Notes under the pieces: generated by a model
What the model was told of the DNA's origin: nothing
The model's database searches: none
The model's input: the letters and a program-made list of their open reading frames with translations, nothing else
Made by a program: the position numbers and the translations under genes
Part shown: positions 12,147 to 25,156 of the stretch, piece by piece
Layout: every line of letters starts with the position of its first letter
Numbering within the stretch: position 1 is the stretch's first letter
Assembly: GCF_963506605.1 (NCBI RefSeq)
Contig: NC_083288.1
Coordinates: 37,696,001 to 37,760,000, forward strand
Source: Zootoca vivipara
Lineage: Eukaryota
Length of the DNA: 64,000 nt
Direction of reading: 5' to 3'

Positions 12147-13556
12147 GTCGTTTAGTCGTGTCTGACTCTTCGTGACCACATGGACCAGAGCACGCCAGGC
12201 ACTCCTGTGTTCCACTGCCTCCTGCAGTTTGGTCACACTCATGTTGGTAGCCTTGAGAACACTGTCCAAACATCTTGTCCCCTTCTCCTTGTGCCCTCAG
12301 TCTTTCTCAACATCAAGGTATTTTCCAGGGAGACTTCTCTTCTCATGAGGTGGCCAAAGTATTGGAGCAGGCATCCCCAAACTGCGGGCCTTCAGATGTT
12401 TTGGCCTACAACTCCCATGATCTGTAGCTAACAGGACCAGTGGTCAGGGATGATGGGAATTGTAGTCCAAAATATCTGGAGGGCCGAAGTTTGGGGATGC
12501 CTGTATTGGAGCCTCAGCTTCAGGAACTGTCCTTCCAGTGAGCACTCAGGGCTGATTCCCTTCAGAATGGATAGGTTTGATCTTCTTGTAGTCCATGGGA
12601 CTCTCAAGTGTCTCCTCCAGCACCATAATTCAAAAGCATCAATTCTCAGCAATCAGCCTTCTTAATGGTCCAGCTCTCACTTCCATACATCACTACTGGG
12701 AAAACCATAGCTTTAACTATACGGACCTTTGTCGGCAAGGTGATGTCTCTGCTTTTTAAGATGCTGTCTAGGTTTTTCATTGCTTTTCTCCCAAGAAGCA
12801 GGCGTCTATTAATTTTGTGACTGCTATCACCATCTGCAGTGATCATGGAACCCAAGAAAGTAAAATTTCTCACTGCCTCCATTTATTCCCCTTCTATTTG
12901 CCAGGAAGTGATGGGACCAGTGGCCGTGATCTTAGTTTTTTTGATGTTGAGGTTCAGACCATATTTTGTGCTCTCCTCTTTCACCTTCATTAAAAGGTTC
13001 TTTAATTCCTCCTCACTTTCTGCCATCAAGGTTTTGTCATTTGCATATCGGTGGTTGTTGATATTTCTTCCGGCAATCTTAATTCCGGTTTGGGATTCAT
13101 CCAGTCCAGCCTTTCGCATGATGAATTCTGCATATAAGTTAAATAAGCAGGGAGACAATATACAGCCTTGTCGTACTCCTTTCCTAATTTTGAACCAATT
13201 AGTTGTTCCATATCCAGTTCTAACTGTAGCTTCTTGTCCCACATAGAGATTTCTCAGGAGACAGATGAGGTGATCAGGCACTCCCATTTCTTTAAGAACT
13301 TGCCATAGTTTGCTGTGGTCGACACTGTCAAATGTTTTTGCGTAGTCAATGAAGCAGAAGTAGGTGTTTTTCTGGAACTCCTTTCTAGCTTTCTCCATAA
13401 TCCAGCGCATGTTTGCAATTTAGTCTCTGGTTCCTCTGCCCCTTCGAAATCCAGCCTGCACTTCTGGGAGTTCTCAGTCCACATACTGCTTAAGCCTGCC
13501 TTGTAGAATTTTAAGCATAACCTTGCTAGCGTGTGAAATGAGCACAATTGTGCGGT
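12103..13556 (-). mobile_element. BovB (RTE-clade) LINE, 5'-truncated, with frameshifted reverse transcriptase
   Basis: ORFs 12883-13410, 12646-12882 and 12428-12652 carry RTE RT motifs (CFIDYAK, GVRQGCILSP, FELWCWRR). (CAA)n tail. Confidence 0.93.
12368..12503. mobile_element. 136-bp hAT MITE (CAGGCATCCCCAAACT TIR) nested in BovB
   Basis: 8-bp TSD tattggag. Removing the insert restores the BovB sequence seen at 39464. Confidence 0.9.
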
Positions 13557-13798
13557 ATGCAGACACTACATTTATATGTAGACACTCCTTGAAAAATCAA
13601 GCCCTGGTCCATTCATTGGCAGAAATCACAGCAAACAGCAGCTGTTACCTAGTGGTACACTGAAAACTGACCAGTGGTCTGCTGGGGCATCACATTCCTT
13701 TGCTTTATATGACTTTGAAAGTTGGTGTCACAGAGGAGAATTTTGAGATGGAGAAAATGTACGAGCACCCTTCACTAGTGCACTCCTATATACGTTTA

Positions 13799-14722
13799 CT
13801 AGCTGGCCGTGCTATGAATTGCTGTGGGTTATTTGTGTGATTTCCCCTACCCTGTGCCGATCCATGACGTATCCCTGTGATTCCCCCACTCCTCACCCCC
13901 CCAGCTTATCCCTGTGATTGCCCCCTCATCCCCCTCCCTCATCCCTGTGAATCCCCCAACTCTGTCCTGATCCATGACCTATTATGCCCCCTCTTCCCCC
14001 AACCCACCAGCTTATTCCTGTGATTTCCCCCCTCTCCTCCCCCTTACCCCTGTGATTTCCCTCCTCTCCTCCGTCCAACCCCCCCTCCAGGTTATCCCTG
14101 TGACCCGTTCATTTTGCACACAATCATTCCCCCAATGCGTATGTTCTGTAAAATTTTGCCCTGTCCCAACCCTGACTCCCCTACCCACGTGTGTTATGTA
14201 AAATAACATTTATTCTACCCAAAGGCACGGCCCTGTGCCCATATGCAGTTGATTCTATGCTGCAACCTATTCGGGCCCCCCCACCCAGGCAGCCCCCTAA
14301 ATCCACTCAGCCTGGTCTGCAAAGCCTAGGCGAGATACTGTGGAGAGGGCAGGTTTCATCCCTGTGTCACCCCCACCCTATCCCTGCCCCCTAATCGGCT
14401 CCCCCACCCCCCAGGCAGGCCTCTACCTCCACTTGGAGGCAGCAGTGGGAGACCTGCCTTTCTATTGGATGCTGCTGGAGTCTTTAGAGCTTCTGCTGGT
14501 GACGTCTAATTTGGGTGCCACTTTTTGTGTGTGTTTAATCATTATTTTAGGTATGAAAGGTTTGCTTTTGGGGGGAAATTTTTTTTTGAAAAATATTTAT
14601 GCCAGATCCCTCACTGAAGGGCATGGATTGTTGTGGCCAAATTTGTTACATTACGGTTCAGCGGTTACGGAGAAAGGTTGTGACCTCTGTGCACACAATG
14701 CCTACATTTTTATATATATAGA
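13799..14722 (-). mobile_element. Non-autonomous Helitron
   Basis: The minus strand reads A|TCTATATATATAAAA...GCACGGCCAGCTAG|T, with no TSD and an internal degenerate ccctgtgattcccc minisatellite. Confidence 0.7.
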
Positions 14723-15667
14723 TTTAGCACCAAGTCAGGTTGCACCCAATGGGCTTCTTAAAAGTATGATGGCAACTTTATAAATTTATAAAGCGATAAG
14801 GGGAGAACTGAAAGTGACTCCTTCCAGCCATTTCAGATTGTTCTGCCATTGTTAAAATTTCAAGAGGATTGTATTCAACCACTGAGTTTTGTGAAATCCA
14901 CACTCCCTTCCTCCTCCAGTGCCCTTTGATCAGGATATGCTCTATTGGCATTTAATAAATTGCTATTGCAATTTCCCAATTACGTATCTGGGTCAGAAAT
15001 CAGGCTGTCTCATTGCAACCACATTATATACAAATGAAACTTTGCAGAATGGAGTGAAAAGAAGGCATAATATACTTTCCAGACGGAGAGCCAGTCCGTA
15101 GGCACTTAAAAGCCTCCAGCACCCATTAGTGTGGCAGGGAGAATGCTAGCGCCATAAAATGCCACGGGTGGTTTCATAACTATATGTTAGGATCAATATA
15201 TATTGTCAGGCCATGAAAAGGAGTGAGAGAAATAAATAAATATTGTTTCTACGCCTAAAACTGAGGGCTTTTCTGTGCGAGGCAACTTCTCTCTGGGCCC
15301 AAAGTGAATGAACGAATGTGTTACTTGCCACAACTCGAAGCGCTTTTGCGCTCAAACGGCCACCCCGGAGTCGCCGGGTCCCCCACCAGCGGGGCGCAGA
15401 CCCCCCCGAGATTGGCCCGGCGCGTTTCTCCGGCCCCCGATCGCCACGAGAAGTTTTTAATTTAGCCGAAAAAGGCCAAGATTTCCAGGCGCCAGGCGCG
15501 CCGAGCGAGACTCGGCCGCGCTTCTGCCTGCTTTTCCCTGGCGCGCCGCCTCCCCGGGACCCGAGGCGGCCGGGCTCGGAGAGAGAGGCTCCCCCGGGTC
15601 CGTTTCGCCCGGGGCCCGGCGCGCTGCGAGGCGGGGACGCAGCGATTTGGGCCGTTTTGTGGCACTC

Positions 15668-15772
15668 AAGAAACACAAAGTTGCAACGGGGACAGGAGCC
15701 ATTTCTGTCTGCGGAGGAGAGCGCGGGGTCTGCGAGCGCACCAATCAGCGCGCAGCTCCGCCCCTATAAATA
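15668..15772 (+). promoter_or_regulatory. H1 promoter
   Basis: H1/AC box AAGAAACACA (15668-15677), CCAAT at 15741, a GC box, and TATAAATA at 15765. Confidence 0.85.
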
Positions 15773-15889
15773 GCAGGCAGCTCCGGGGCTGCACTTCAGA
15801 CTTTACTTTTCGGTTCCGAGAGGTTCTAGCCAGCAGCCCGCCGCTTCCTTCTCCTTCAGCACCAGCACAAGCGGAGAGCGGAGACGATC

Positions 15890-16582
15890 ATGTCGGAGAC
15901 TGTTCCCGAAGCACCGGTGGCCGCGGCGCCCGCCGCCAAGGCGCCTGCCAAGAAAGCCAAGAAGCCCGCGGGAGCCGCCAAGCCGCGCAAGGCGTCTGGC
16001 CCCAGCGTGACGGAGCTGCTGACCAAGGCGGTGGCCGCGTCCAAGGAGCGCAACGGGGTGTCCCTGGCGGCGCTCAAGAAGGCGCTGGCGGCCGCCGGCT
16101 ACGACGTGGACAAGAACAACAGCCGCATCAAGCTGGGCCTCAAGAGCCTCGTGAGCAAAGGCACCTTGGTGCAGACCAAAGGCACGGGCGCCTCGGGCTC
16201 CTTCAAGCTCAACAAGAAACAGCTGCACGAGACCACCAAGGACAAGGCTGCGACCGGGGCCAAGAAGAAGAAGCCGGCAGCGGCCGCCGTCCGCAGCAAG
16301 AAGGTGGCGCCCAAGAAGCCCGCTTCCGGCTCGGCCAAGAAGCCCAAGAAGCCGGCCGCCAAGAAGAGCCCCAAGAAGGCGGCGGGCGCCAAGAAGCCGG
16401 CAGCGGGCGCCAAGAAAGCGGCGGCCAAGAGCCCCAAGAAGGCCAAGGCCGCCAAGCCCAAGAAGGCGGCGGCCAAGAGCCCCGCCAAGGCAAAGGCCGT
16501 CAAGGCCAAGGCCAAAGCGAAGCCAAAGACGCCCAAGGCCAGAGTGGCCAAGCCCAAGAAGGCTGCGCCCAAGAAGAAGTGA
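15890..16582 (+). CDS. H1: Histone H1 (replication-dependent linker histone), 230 aa
   Basis: Globular domain [26 protein letters not shown]...[12 protein letters not shown] and a Lys/Ala/Pro-rich tail with SPKK motifs. Confidence 0.99.
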   Translation: MSETVPEAPVAAAPAAKAPAKKAKKPAGAAKPRKASGPSVTELLTKAVAASKERNGVSLAALKKALAAAGYDVDKNNSRIKLGLKSLVSKGTLVQTKGTGASGSFKLNKKQLHETTKDKAATGAKKKKPAAAAVRSKKVAPKKPASGSAKKPKKPAAKKSPKKAAGAKKPAAGAKKAAAKSPKKAKAAKPKKAAAKSPAKAKAVKAKAKAKPKTPKARVAKPKKAAPKKK

Positions 16583-16637
16583 AGAGGCGCCGCGCCCGCC
16601 CTGCCTGCCTGCCTGCCTCAGCCCTCGCCATCCCAAA

Positions 16638-16680
16638 GGCTCTTTTAAGAGCCACCCACTTTCTCACCCGGAAAGAGCTG
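16638..16680 (+). promoter_or_regulatory. Histone 3' stem-loop plus HDE
   Basis: GGCTCT TTTA AGAGCC ACCCA, then AAAGAGCTG. Confidence 0.95.
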
Positions 16681-17691
16681 ACGTTACGCTGCTCCAGCGT
16701 CACCGGAGATTTTCCCTACTTGGCAGTTTGGAAAGTCAGATCTGCCCCACCCCCTGCCCACCCGCCCACTAATATAAACAAAGGGACGCTGCAATCCCTG
16801 CTCGCACCCTAGTTTGCGCCTGCACTTCGAAGCAGCTATGCACAGGGTTGAGTGGTTCGCCTCCTTAGCAGTATGGTTTGGGGTTCTTGGTTTTACAAGG
16901 CATTACTGTACTTTGCGTGAGCGGGATTACTCCTGTGCCTATTCCTATGTTGGCAAGCTAAGCCTGAATTTGGGGCATTTTAATGGTTCAGAAGAGCGGC
17001 CAACAGTTTCGCGAGTAAAGTTTGGTGTACGAGTTCCAGGGGTGTAGACACCCCTGGCCTTTTCTTTGGTCTCTTAAGGTGCTACTGGATTTTGTTCGTT
17101 TGTTTCGACGCGTGCGCGCTTGCGCCATTCAGCACTAATCCTAAAATTTTCGCAGAAATCTCCTGCATGAAATTGTAAATCCAGTGCTTGACTCCGTATA
17201 ATCAGGAAACTCGAGGGTAGTGATCAGAAGGTTGGCGGTTTGAATCCCCGTTAAAGGGTGAGCTCCCGTTGATAGTCATGTGCAAATGTGTGTGTGATTC
17301 TGGTCAGAGTCAAAATGGTGTCAGTCAGGCCTGTCTTCCTGTGCTGTTTCAGACATGTGGCTGTACATTCATGTACATGTTTATGAACAATATATATATA
17401 TAACCTTAACATTTACAACAGTAGTGAGCTCTCCTCCTTTGCCATATTTCTCTCCCTCCCCCCCCCCCAATCTTTTTCCACTTTTTGTCCTTCCTCAAAA
17501 TGATCGCGCATAGGGGTACTCCACACGAGCTTGAAATCGTAGCGCTCGTAGCCATTACTTTAACTTCTAAAAAAGCTTTTTTTACAGACACAACTGCATA
17601 TTGAACCCATACCACGGATAGCCAGTTATGTATTTTGGACAGTATTAACAGACATCAGATTTTTCCTCGATAAAATTGGTGCAGCTGCGAC

Positions 17692-17733
17692 CAGCTCTTT
17701 TAAGTGAAGGAGTGGGTGGCTCTTAAAAGAGCC
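17692..17733 (-). promoter_or_regulatory. Histone 3' stem-loop plus HDE (H3)
   Basis: Minus strand GGCTCT TTTA AGAGCC ACCCA...AAAGAGCTG. Confidence 0.95.
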
Positions 17734-17779
17734 TTTGGGTTGTTACGAGTTTGTCGAAATAAACTGGAATATAGTTTTT

Positions 17780-18271
<492 letters not shown>

Positions 18272-18503
18272 TTATAGCCGAATCCTCGTGGTCCTATTGG
18301 CTGAGGTCCGCAACGCAGCCGTTGAAAAAGTTTGAATATCCCGGGCTCTGCCCTGGTTGGACCAGTGATGGCAAAGCTTTCCGATTGGCTCATCCTCCTT
18401 CTCTCACGTCTTTGTTCTCCGGAGTGAGGGCCCTCCAGGCCGCCTCTCGCTTTCTAGCAGTAAACACCCAGTCATGTCACGCAACTTTTCACAGATACTG
18501 TAC

Positions 18504-18593
18504 CATAGCTGCCAAGTTTTCCCTTTTCTCGCGAGGAAGCCTATTCAGCATAAGGGAAAATCCCTTAAAAAAAGGGATAACTTGGCAGCTATG
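18504..18593 (+). mobile_element. 90-bp hAT-type MITE, copy 2
   Basis: Same TIRs; TSD tactgtac/taatgtac (7 of 8 match). Confidence 0.9.
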
Positions 18594-19707
18594 TAATGTA
18601 CACACGGAAAGAACGCTCACGGCTCCTGTGTTGTGCTGAGGAATCCTAGCACAAGGAGGAATTCCCTCCGGTGAGGATTCTCCCTCGTTATTCAACATGC
18701 ATAACCTTAACATTAATTTTATTAGAGCTGCATAATCTAAGCACACTCAGAAGGGGGTGACGGACCCCAACTAGCTCCATGGAAATTACTCCCTTGTTAA
18801 GTGGAGCTAGGATTGCTCCCTAATTATAGTACCTGTCAGTGTCACATTTAATTCCTATTATATCGTCGAGGTAATTCATATCAAACTGACAAGAGTATAT
18901 CCCCCCCCCAAAAAAGGATTTTTTCCTCAACCTTTCAGCAGAAAAAAGTGGTCCATGTTTTAAGAAAAGGAACACAAAATATGGAGATGGAAGAGGGGGG
19001 AAACAATATAATGTACTATAGTAAAAAAGATTTTGTGGTAAAGAGGAGGAATTAAAAAATTTGGAGAGGAGCCTAAAGTTCCTAGTACCAGTATTTCAGC
19101 AGAGCCAAAAAGGTGGGTGCGGGTGCGGTACCATCTCAATGTTAAGAGTGTGATGCTGATAATGTCAAGGTTGCAGATTCTATCCCGGTAATAGAGAGCT
19201 GCATAGTCCTGCATTGCAGGGGGTTGCACTTAAAGAGCCCCAGCATTCCTTCCAACTCTATGATTCGACAAGGCAATATATAATGTATTGAAATCCATTA
19301 AATTGTTAATTAAAATGTAAAGTTAATAATCCCCTACACTGGTGTGGGGTCAAATGCAGCTCTTCAGGTCTCCGACCAACCCTAGGGACTTTCCCCAGGC
19401 CACATTGGTCACTAGGGCAGCCCCCTACCCACCCACACTCTTTGTGCTTTTGCCCTGTTGGAATGGATAAAACTTGCTTGCATGGAGGGAGATGCTTGTT
19501 AGTGTGTGCGTTTGTAGGATCTTCTGACATTTGCATGGCTAGAAGGTAGCCTAGAAGGTAAGCCACACCTATTGCTCCATTTTTAATTCTGCCCCAACCC
19601 ATCTCTTGCATGTGGCCCCCAGTGGGCTGCCCACAAAGAAGTATGGCCCTCTGACAGCTAAATGTGCTGCCCACTGCTTTAGAGGATGAGTAATACATTA
19701 ACCTGGA

Positions 19708-20069
19708 GGGACCCAGGTTGCGCTGTGGGTTAAACCACAGAGTCTAGGGCTTGCTGATCAGAAGGTCGGCGGTTCGAATCCCTGCAACGGGGTGAGCTCC
19801 CATTGCTCAGTCCCAGCTCCTGCCCACCTAGCAGTTCGAAAGCACATCAAAGTGCAAGTAGATAAATAGGGACCGCTCCGGCGGGAAGGTAAATGGCGTT
19901 TCTGTGCGCTGCTCCAGTTCGCCAGAAGCAGCTTTGTCATGCTGGCCACATGACCCAGAAGCTGTCTGCGGACAAACGCTGGCTTCCTCGGCCTATAGAG
20001 CGAGATGAGCGCCGCAACCCCAGTCGGACACGACTGGACCTGATGGTCAGGGGCCCCTTTACCTTTACC
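19708..20069 (+). mobile_element. Sauria (Squam1) SINE
   Basis: tRNA-like head with GGTTCGAATCC B box, BovB-like gtcggacacgact end, (ACCTTT)n tail, and flanking direct repeat taatacattaacc. Confidence 0.9.
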
Positions 20070-20829
20070 TAATACATTAACCAAACACACACTCCCCCCT
20101 CACCTTCTCGGTGGCACAAGTGATTTACAACTCTGTTGTGTGCTTACCTGTTATGCCAACATTTTGCCTCTGCAGAGTTGAGTCACTTCATCAGCTGGGG
20201 CTGATGGGCTAGAAACCACAGCTGGGACATGCTCTCCGATCATTGCAGCGTGAGGGGCAGACTTGCCCTTTTATACTGTACTTTGTGAACTGCCCTCCTC
20301 ATGTAATCAATAAGATTTTCACAGGCATATAAACTGTGTGGGGCAGGGATGTTCCCAACCCCCGGCACCAAAGAAATGGTTGTGTTCCATCAGCCCCTGT
20401 CACCATTGATTATTATTTTTTATTCTCTTGTCTACCCCACCTTTCCTCCAAGGAATTCAATGTGGTAAGCATGGGTTGCTCTCCATTTTATCCTCAGGAA
20501 GCAGGGGTGGGGAGTTTGCTGGTGGGATGCAGCCATAGCTTCCTCCTCTACACACTTGATGCTCACTGACATTATTCTAGGTGCATGAACAGAGCTTGTT
20601 GATGTAATAACAACAAACACATCTAATCAACTTCCATTTCCCCCCACCAACATCTATTAGGTGTATTTTGGAATCAAGCATCACCAAAAAAAAAGTGTCC
20701 ATTTTGTTTCTCTTATCTCTAAGAATCTGCTGTGAAAGTAAACAGGCATGGCTCTGCTACTATTTTTATTGCTGCTCAAACCAAACCACTATACACAAAC
20801 AAATATATTTATATACCTAGGTCCTAGTA

Positions 20830-20965
20830 CAGGCATCCCCAAACTTCGGCCCTCCAGATGTTTTGGACTACAATTCCCATCTTCCCCGACCACTGGTCCT
20901 GTTAGCTAGGGATCATGGGACTTGTAGGCCAAAACATCTGGAGGGCCGCAGTTTGGGGATGCCTG
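20830..20965. mobile_element. 136-bp hAT MITE
   Basis: TIR caggcatccccaaact; TSD tcctagt(a/g). Confidence 0.9.
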
Positions 20966-21214
20966 TCCTAGTGTAACCAGCTAAAAATCAATATACAATT
21001 TACTGGTATTTCTCTTTACTTTTGCTCTCTAACTTTAATAGGTTCTGTGTGTGTGTGCATGAGAAAACTGTGTTAACAGCTGACTTCAAATTTTTTTTTT
21101 TTTTTTGGAAGGGATAGCACTTCTGCTCGTTCTATGCTGGAAGTGCAGCCTTTAAAACTTTTGATGCTGAGCATGGCCTAACAAAAGGAACAGGGAATTT
21201 GTGGCCCTCTAGAT

Positions 21215-21460
21215 CAGGGGTCAGCAAACTTTTTCAGCAGGGGGCCGGTCCACTGTCCCTCAGACCTTGGGGGGGCACAGACTATATTTTGGAAAAAAAA
21301 TATGAATTCCTATGCCCCACAAATAACCAGAGATGCATTTTAAATAAAAGAACACATTCTACTCATGTAAAAACATGCTGATTCCTGAACCGTCCACGGG
21401 CTGGATTTAGAAGGCTATTGGGCCGCATCCGGCCCCCTGGCCTTAGTTTGGTGACCCCTG
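21215..21460. mobile_element. hAT-Charlie-type MITE
   Basis: caggggtca...tgacccctg with TSD ctctagat. A relative is at 59062-59319. Confidence 0.85.
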
Positions 21461-21578
21461 CTCTAGATGTTGCTGGGCTTCTACTCTCATTAGCCCCAGG
21501 TGGCCTGACCAAAAATGATGTGAGTTGTAGTCCATCAACATCTGGAGGGCCACAAATTTCCCATCTCTGGTTGAATGA

Positions 21579-21614
<36 letters not shown>

Positions 21615-22635
21615 AACAACACCCATCTGCCTGGGTGCATAATATCCCTGTTCCCTTGAAAAACTATTATTGCACACAGGGATGGTGTTTCTGCTGGTTC
21701 CCATCATCCCCAACTGCATCCCCTCCTTCAGTTTTGTATTGATAAAGAGTTCTGATGAATTCCACAGCTTTGTCTATCTGATTTCAATAACTGGTATTCA
21801 TGAAAAGGTATTGCTCAGCAACCTCTCACCTGTCCTAAGACACCAACAAGCTACCTGTACATTATTTGCCCACAATATTTTATAACATTTTTTTCCAGAG
21901 TTAAGGGGCCAGCTCAATTACTTTATTATATGCTCCGCCCAGCATACAAAGCGACTCTTTGCACCTGCGCCGTCAGCACGGAAGGGGGGGGGAGAGATAA
22001 GAATGAAGTCACGTGATTAGTGACGCGTAGGAGTGGCCCAGTCTAAATTTCCTGCGCTGCTCTGCAATTGGATAGCTACTAGAAATCCCGCTTTTTTTGC
22101 TATGTCACTTCTGGTTTCTTTGTTCATGGATGTTTAAACGCTCCTCCCACTCCCCAATTTGCATTATAGCTAAACCGACGGTTAAATCACGCGTTAAAAG
22201 GGGCGTTAAGAAACACACGAGGCAGGATGCAGAACTTCTTTACATGAAAGCGGAAAACCTATTTGCAGACGCGTAGGTCTGGGGGAAAGCAGCTGAGAGA
22301 TTTGCTACAAAAGCAGCCTTGAAAGGAAATGGCGACCAGCATTACTCCTTTATTAGCGTTATACATGGGGCTTAAAATTAAACAAAGCAAGGCAGGAAAC
22401 CAGGAGTGGGGATTTTATTTAATTAACCCAGAAAATAGGAAGCTCAAAAGCTCCACCTTTTAGTTTTAATAGGAAAACTCAGTCGGCCGTTACAAAAGTA
22501 GCGCGAATGTAACAGGAAAATATCAAAAGCTGTAATCATGTTTCCTTAGGCAAGCACACGGCTACATTGCTACCGAAAATTCGCAACACATCCATTTTTT
22601 ATCACAACGTTGCTTTTTTAAGATCCAAGCGAGCG

Positions 22636-22676
22636 CAGCTCTTTTTATGAAAGCGTGGGTGGCCCTTATAAGGGCC
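22636..22676 (-). promoter_or_regulatory. Histone 3' stem-loop (variant loop) plus HDE (H4)
   Basis: Minus strand GGCCCT TATA AGGGCC ACCCA...AAAGAGCTG. Confidence 0.9.
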
Positions 22677-22713
22677 TTTTGGGTTCTTAAGTGTATGAAG
22701 GGTTTCGAAAAAT

Positions 22714-23031
<318 letters not shown>

Positions 23032-24011
23032 TTAAGCAAGTCTCAGCCCCTCAGAAGAAGAAAAAATGAATGATTCTGCGGGAACAGCGGCACGGGTATA
23101 TATAGCACTGAGCCCGACCTGAGTGAAACCAGCACAAAGGGGGCGTGTTCTGATTTCACAACGCCCCTTTCCGTCAGCGCACTCGTCATAGTAGCTCGGC
23201 TTCTTCACCAATCAAACCGCGAGGGTTTGAATCTGACTAATCAGATACCGGTAGCTCTCTTATTTCACGTTATTTGGGTATGCTTGGAGCCTCAGTAAAA
23301 GATGCGATTAGCAGGCCAAATTATATGCAATTCATACAGAAAAATTGTTCCATTCAGGCTTGTGCATTTTGCGTTTAACAGGGGCAATTTTTTACGTACC
23401 ACTCGGTAAGTGGGTATCAGCTCCAGGAGTAATAGCGAGACTGAAGTGGCGAGGCAATTTATCTGTTGGTGCCACTTTAATTTCCCGCTTTAAATAATAG
23501 CCGAGTGGAGGAAATGATTTATTAAAATGACGTTCTAGTATTAACTGCTTTCTTTTCCCAGCCCTCACTTCAGAATAACATCCGACCCCAACAACCCCGG
23601 AGGCGCACTCCTCTATCGAGACACACAGATGCCAAAGTGCTCGAATGTTCCTGAATCGTTCTTTCCTGACTAGGAGAAGCCACACAGAGCCCCTCTTTAA
23701 TTAATATTCACCACCACAGCAGTTCGGGGAAGCCTCGCTTAAAAAGATACATAATGTGGATCTCACGACCTGTTCCCTAAGTGTTATAAGTTACAAAAAG
23801 CTCAGCGCCGCTCAATCTTCTAATGCATTTTCGCTACAGAAACGAGATCATTGAAACAAAGTATCATTAGCTCCAAAAGAATGAATGACGAAAAAAACCT
23901 CTGACGAATAGAAGAGGAGCAGCTTTTGCCCAATCATGGTGTAGCTCAGCAACTTGAAAAATATGTATCTTGGCTCTTTCAACCAATCAGGTCAAGAGGA
24001 GGTTGCTATAA

Positions 24012-24503
<492 letters not shown>

Positions 24504-24564
24504 AGCAGCACCTGCTACTTCGTTGCCCCCCCCGCACCCGCTTGCACCTCGTCATTACCCCAAA

Positions 24565-24603
24565 GGCTCTTTTGAGAGCCACCACATTCTCCTGGAAGAG
24601 CTG
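24565..24603 (+). promoter_or_regulatory. Histone 3' stem-loop plus HDE
   Basis: GGCTCT TTTG AGAGCC ACCAC, then GAAGAGCTG. Confidence 0.93.
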
Positions 24604-24946
24604 GGACTCGCTTCCGTTTCTATGAACCCAAGTAAAGTTGCTAGTGTTTAGCACGGCTCCAAACGTTGGTCCCAACATCTATCACGAACACTCCCCCCCC
24701 CTCATAATCCCTTTTTTAAAAGGAGTGGAAAACACTGAGTGAGAAATTGTGTGTCTACACCCCTGGAACTCGTACACGAATCTTTGTTGCACTCGGGTCT
24801 GGCCACTCTTAAAGGATGATGCTGGCTTAGATGGGCATTTGGTGGGAACAAAACGGGGATCCTCCGCGTGTTAAGAACCGATAATTCCAATGCTTTTTTT
24901 AAATGCATGATTAGTTGATCGCACTGCAGTAATACCGATCAAACAA

Positions 24947-25108
24947 AATAAAAAAATTCCTTCAGTAGCACCTTAAAGACCAACTAAGTTTATATTTTGG
25001 TATGAGCTTTCGTGTGCATGCACACTTCATCAGATATCAAACACACGAAAGCTCATACCAAAATTTTTATTTTGTTTCGACTCAGACCAACACGGCTACC
25101 TACCTGTA
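24947..25108. mobile_element. Penelope-like insert with inverted pLTR fragments
   Basis: Same family as 6182-6360. 13-bp TSD accgatcaaacaa (24934-24946, 25109-25121). Confidence 0.75.
24999..25038 (-). ncRNA. Minimal type I hammerhead ribozyme motif (Penelope-associated)
   Basis: Minus strand gatat CTGATGA a GTGTGCATGCACAC GAAA GC TC atacc: intact core boxes, palindromic helix II, AGCU in place of helix III, and a short helix I. Confidence 0.65.
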
Positions 25109-25156
25109 ACCGATCAAACAATCCACTGCCTTTTAAACTCAAGTACCCAAAGCCAC

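Larger units (their letters stand above)
14984..16742 (+). repeat. Left arm of a ~1.76-kb near-perfect inverted duplication containing H1
   Basis: Reverse complement of 26149-27907. Coordinate sums are constant at 42891, so there are no net indels. Confidence 0.95.

Noticed and set aside
15206-16636. Long antisense and overlapping ORFs around H1 (also 26255-27685) and opposite H3/H4
   Set aside because: These are shadows of GC-rich, codon-biased histone genes and CpG-island DNA.
21215-21460. hAT MITE at the arithmetic centre (about 21445) of the H1 palindrome as its cause
   Set aside because: The spacer is asymmetric and full of later insertions, and the H3 pair gives a different centre. 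Likely coincidence.
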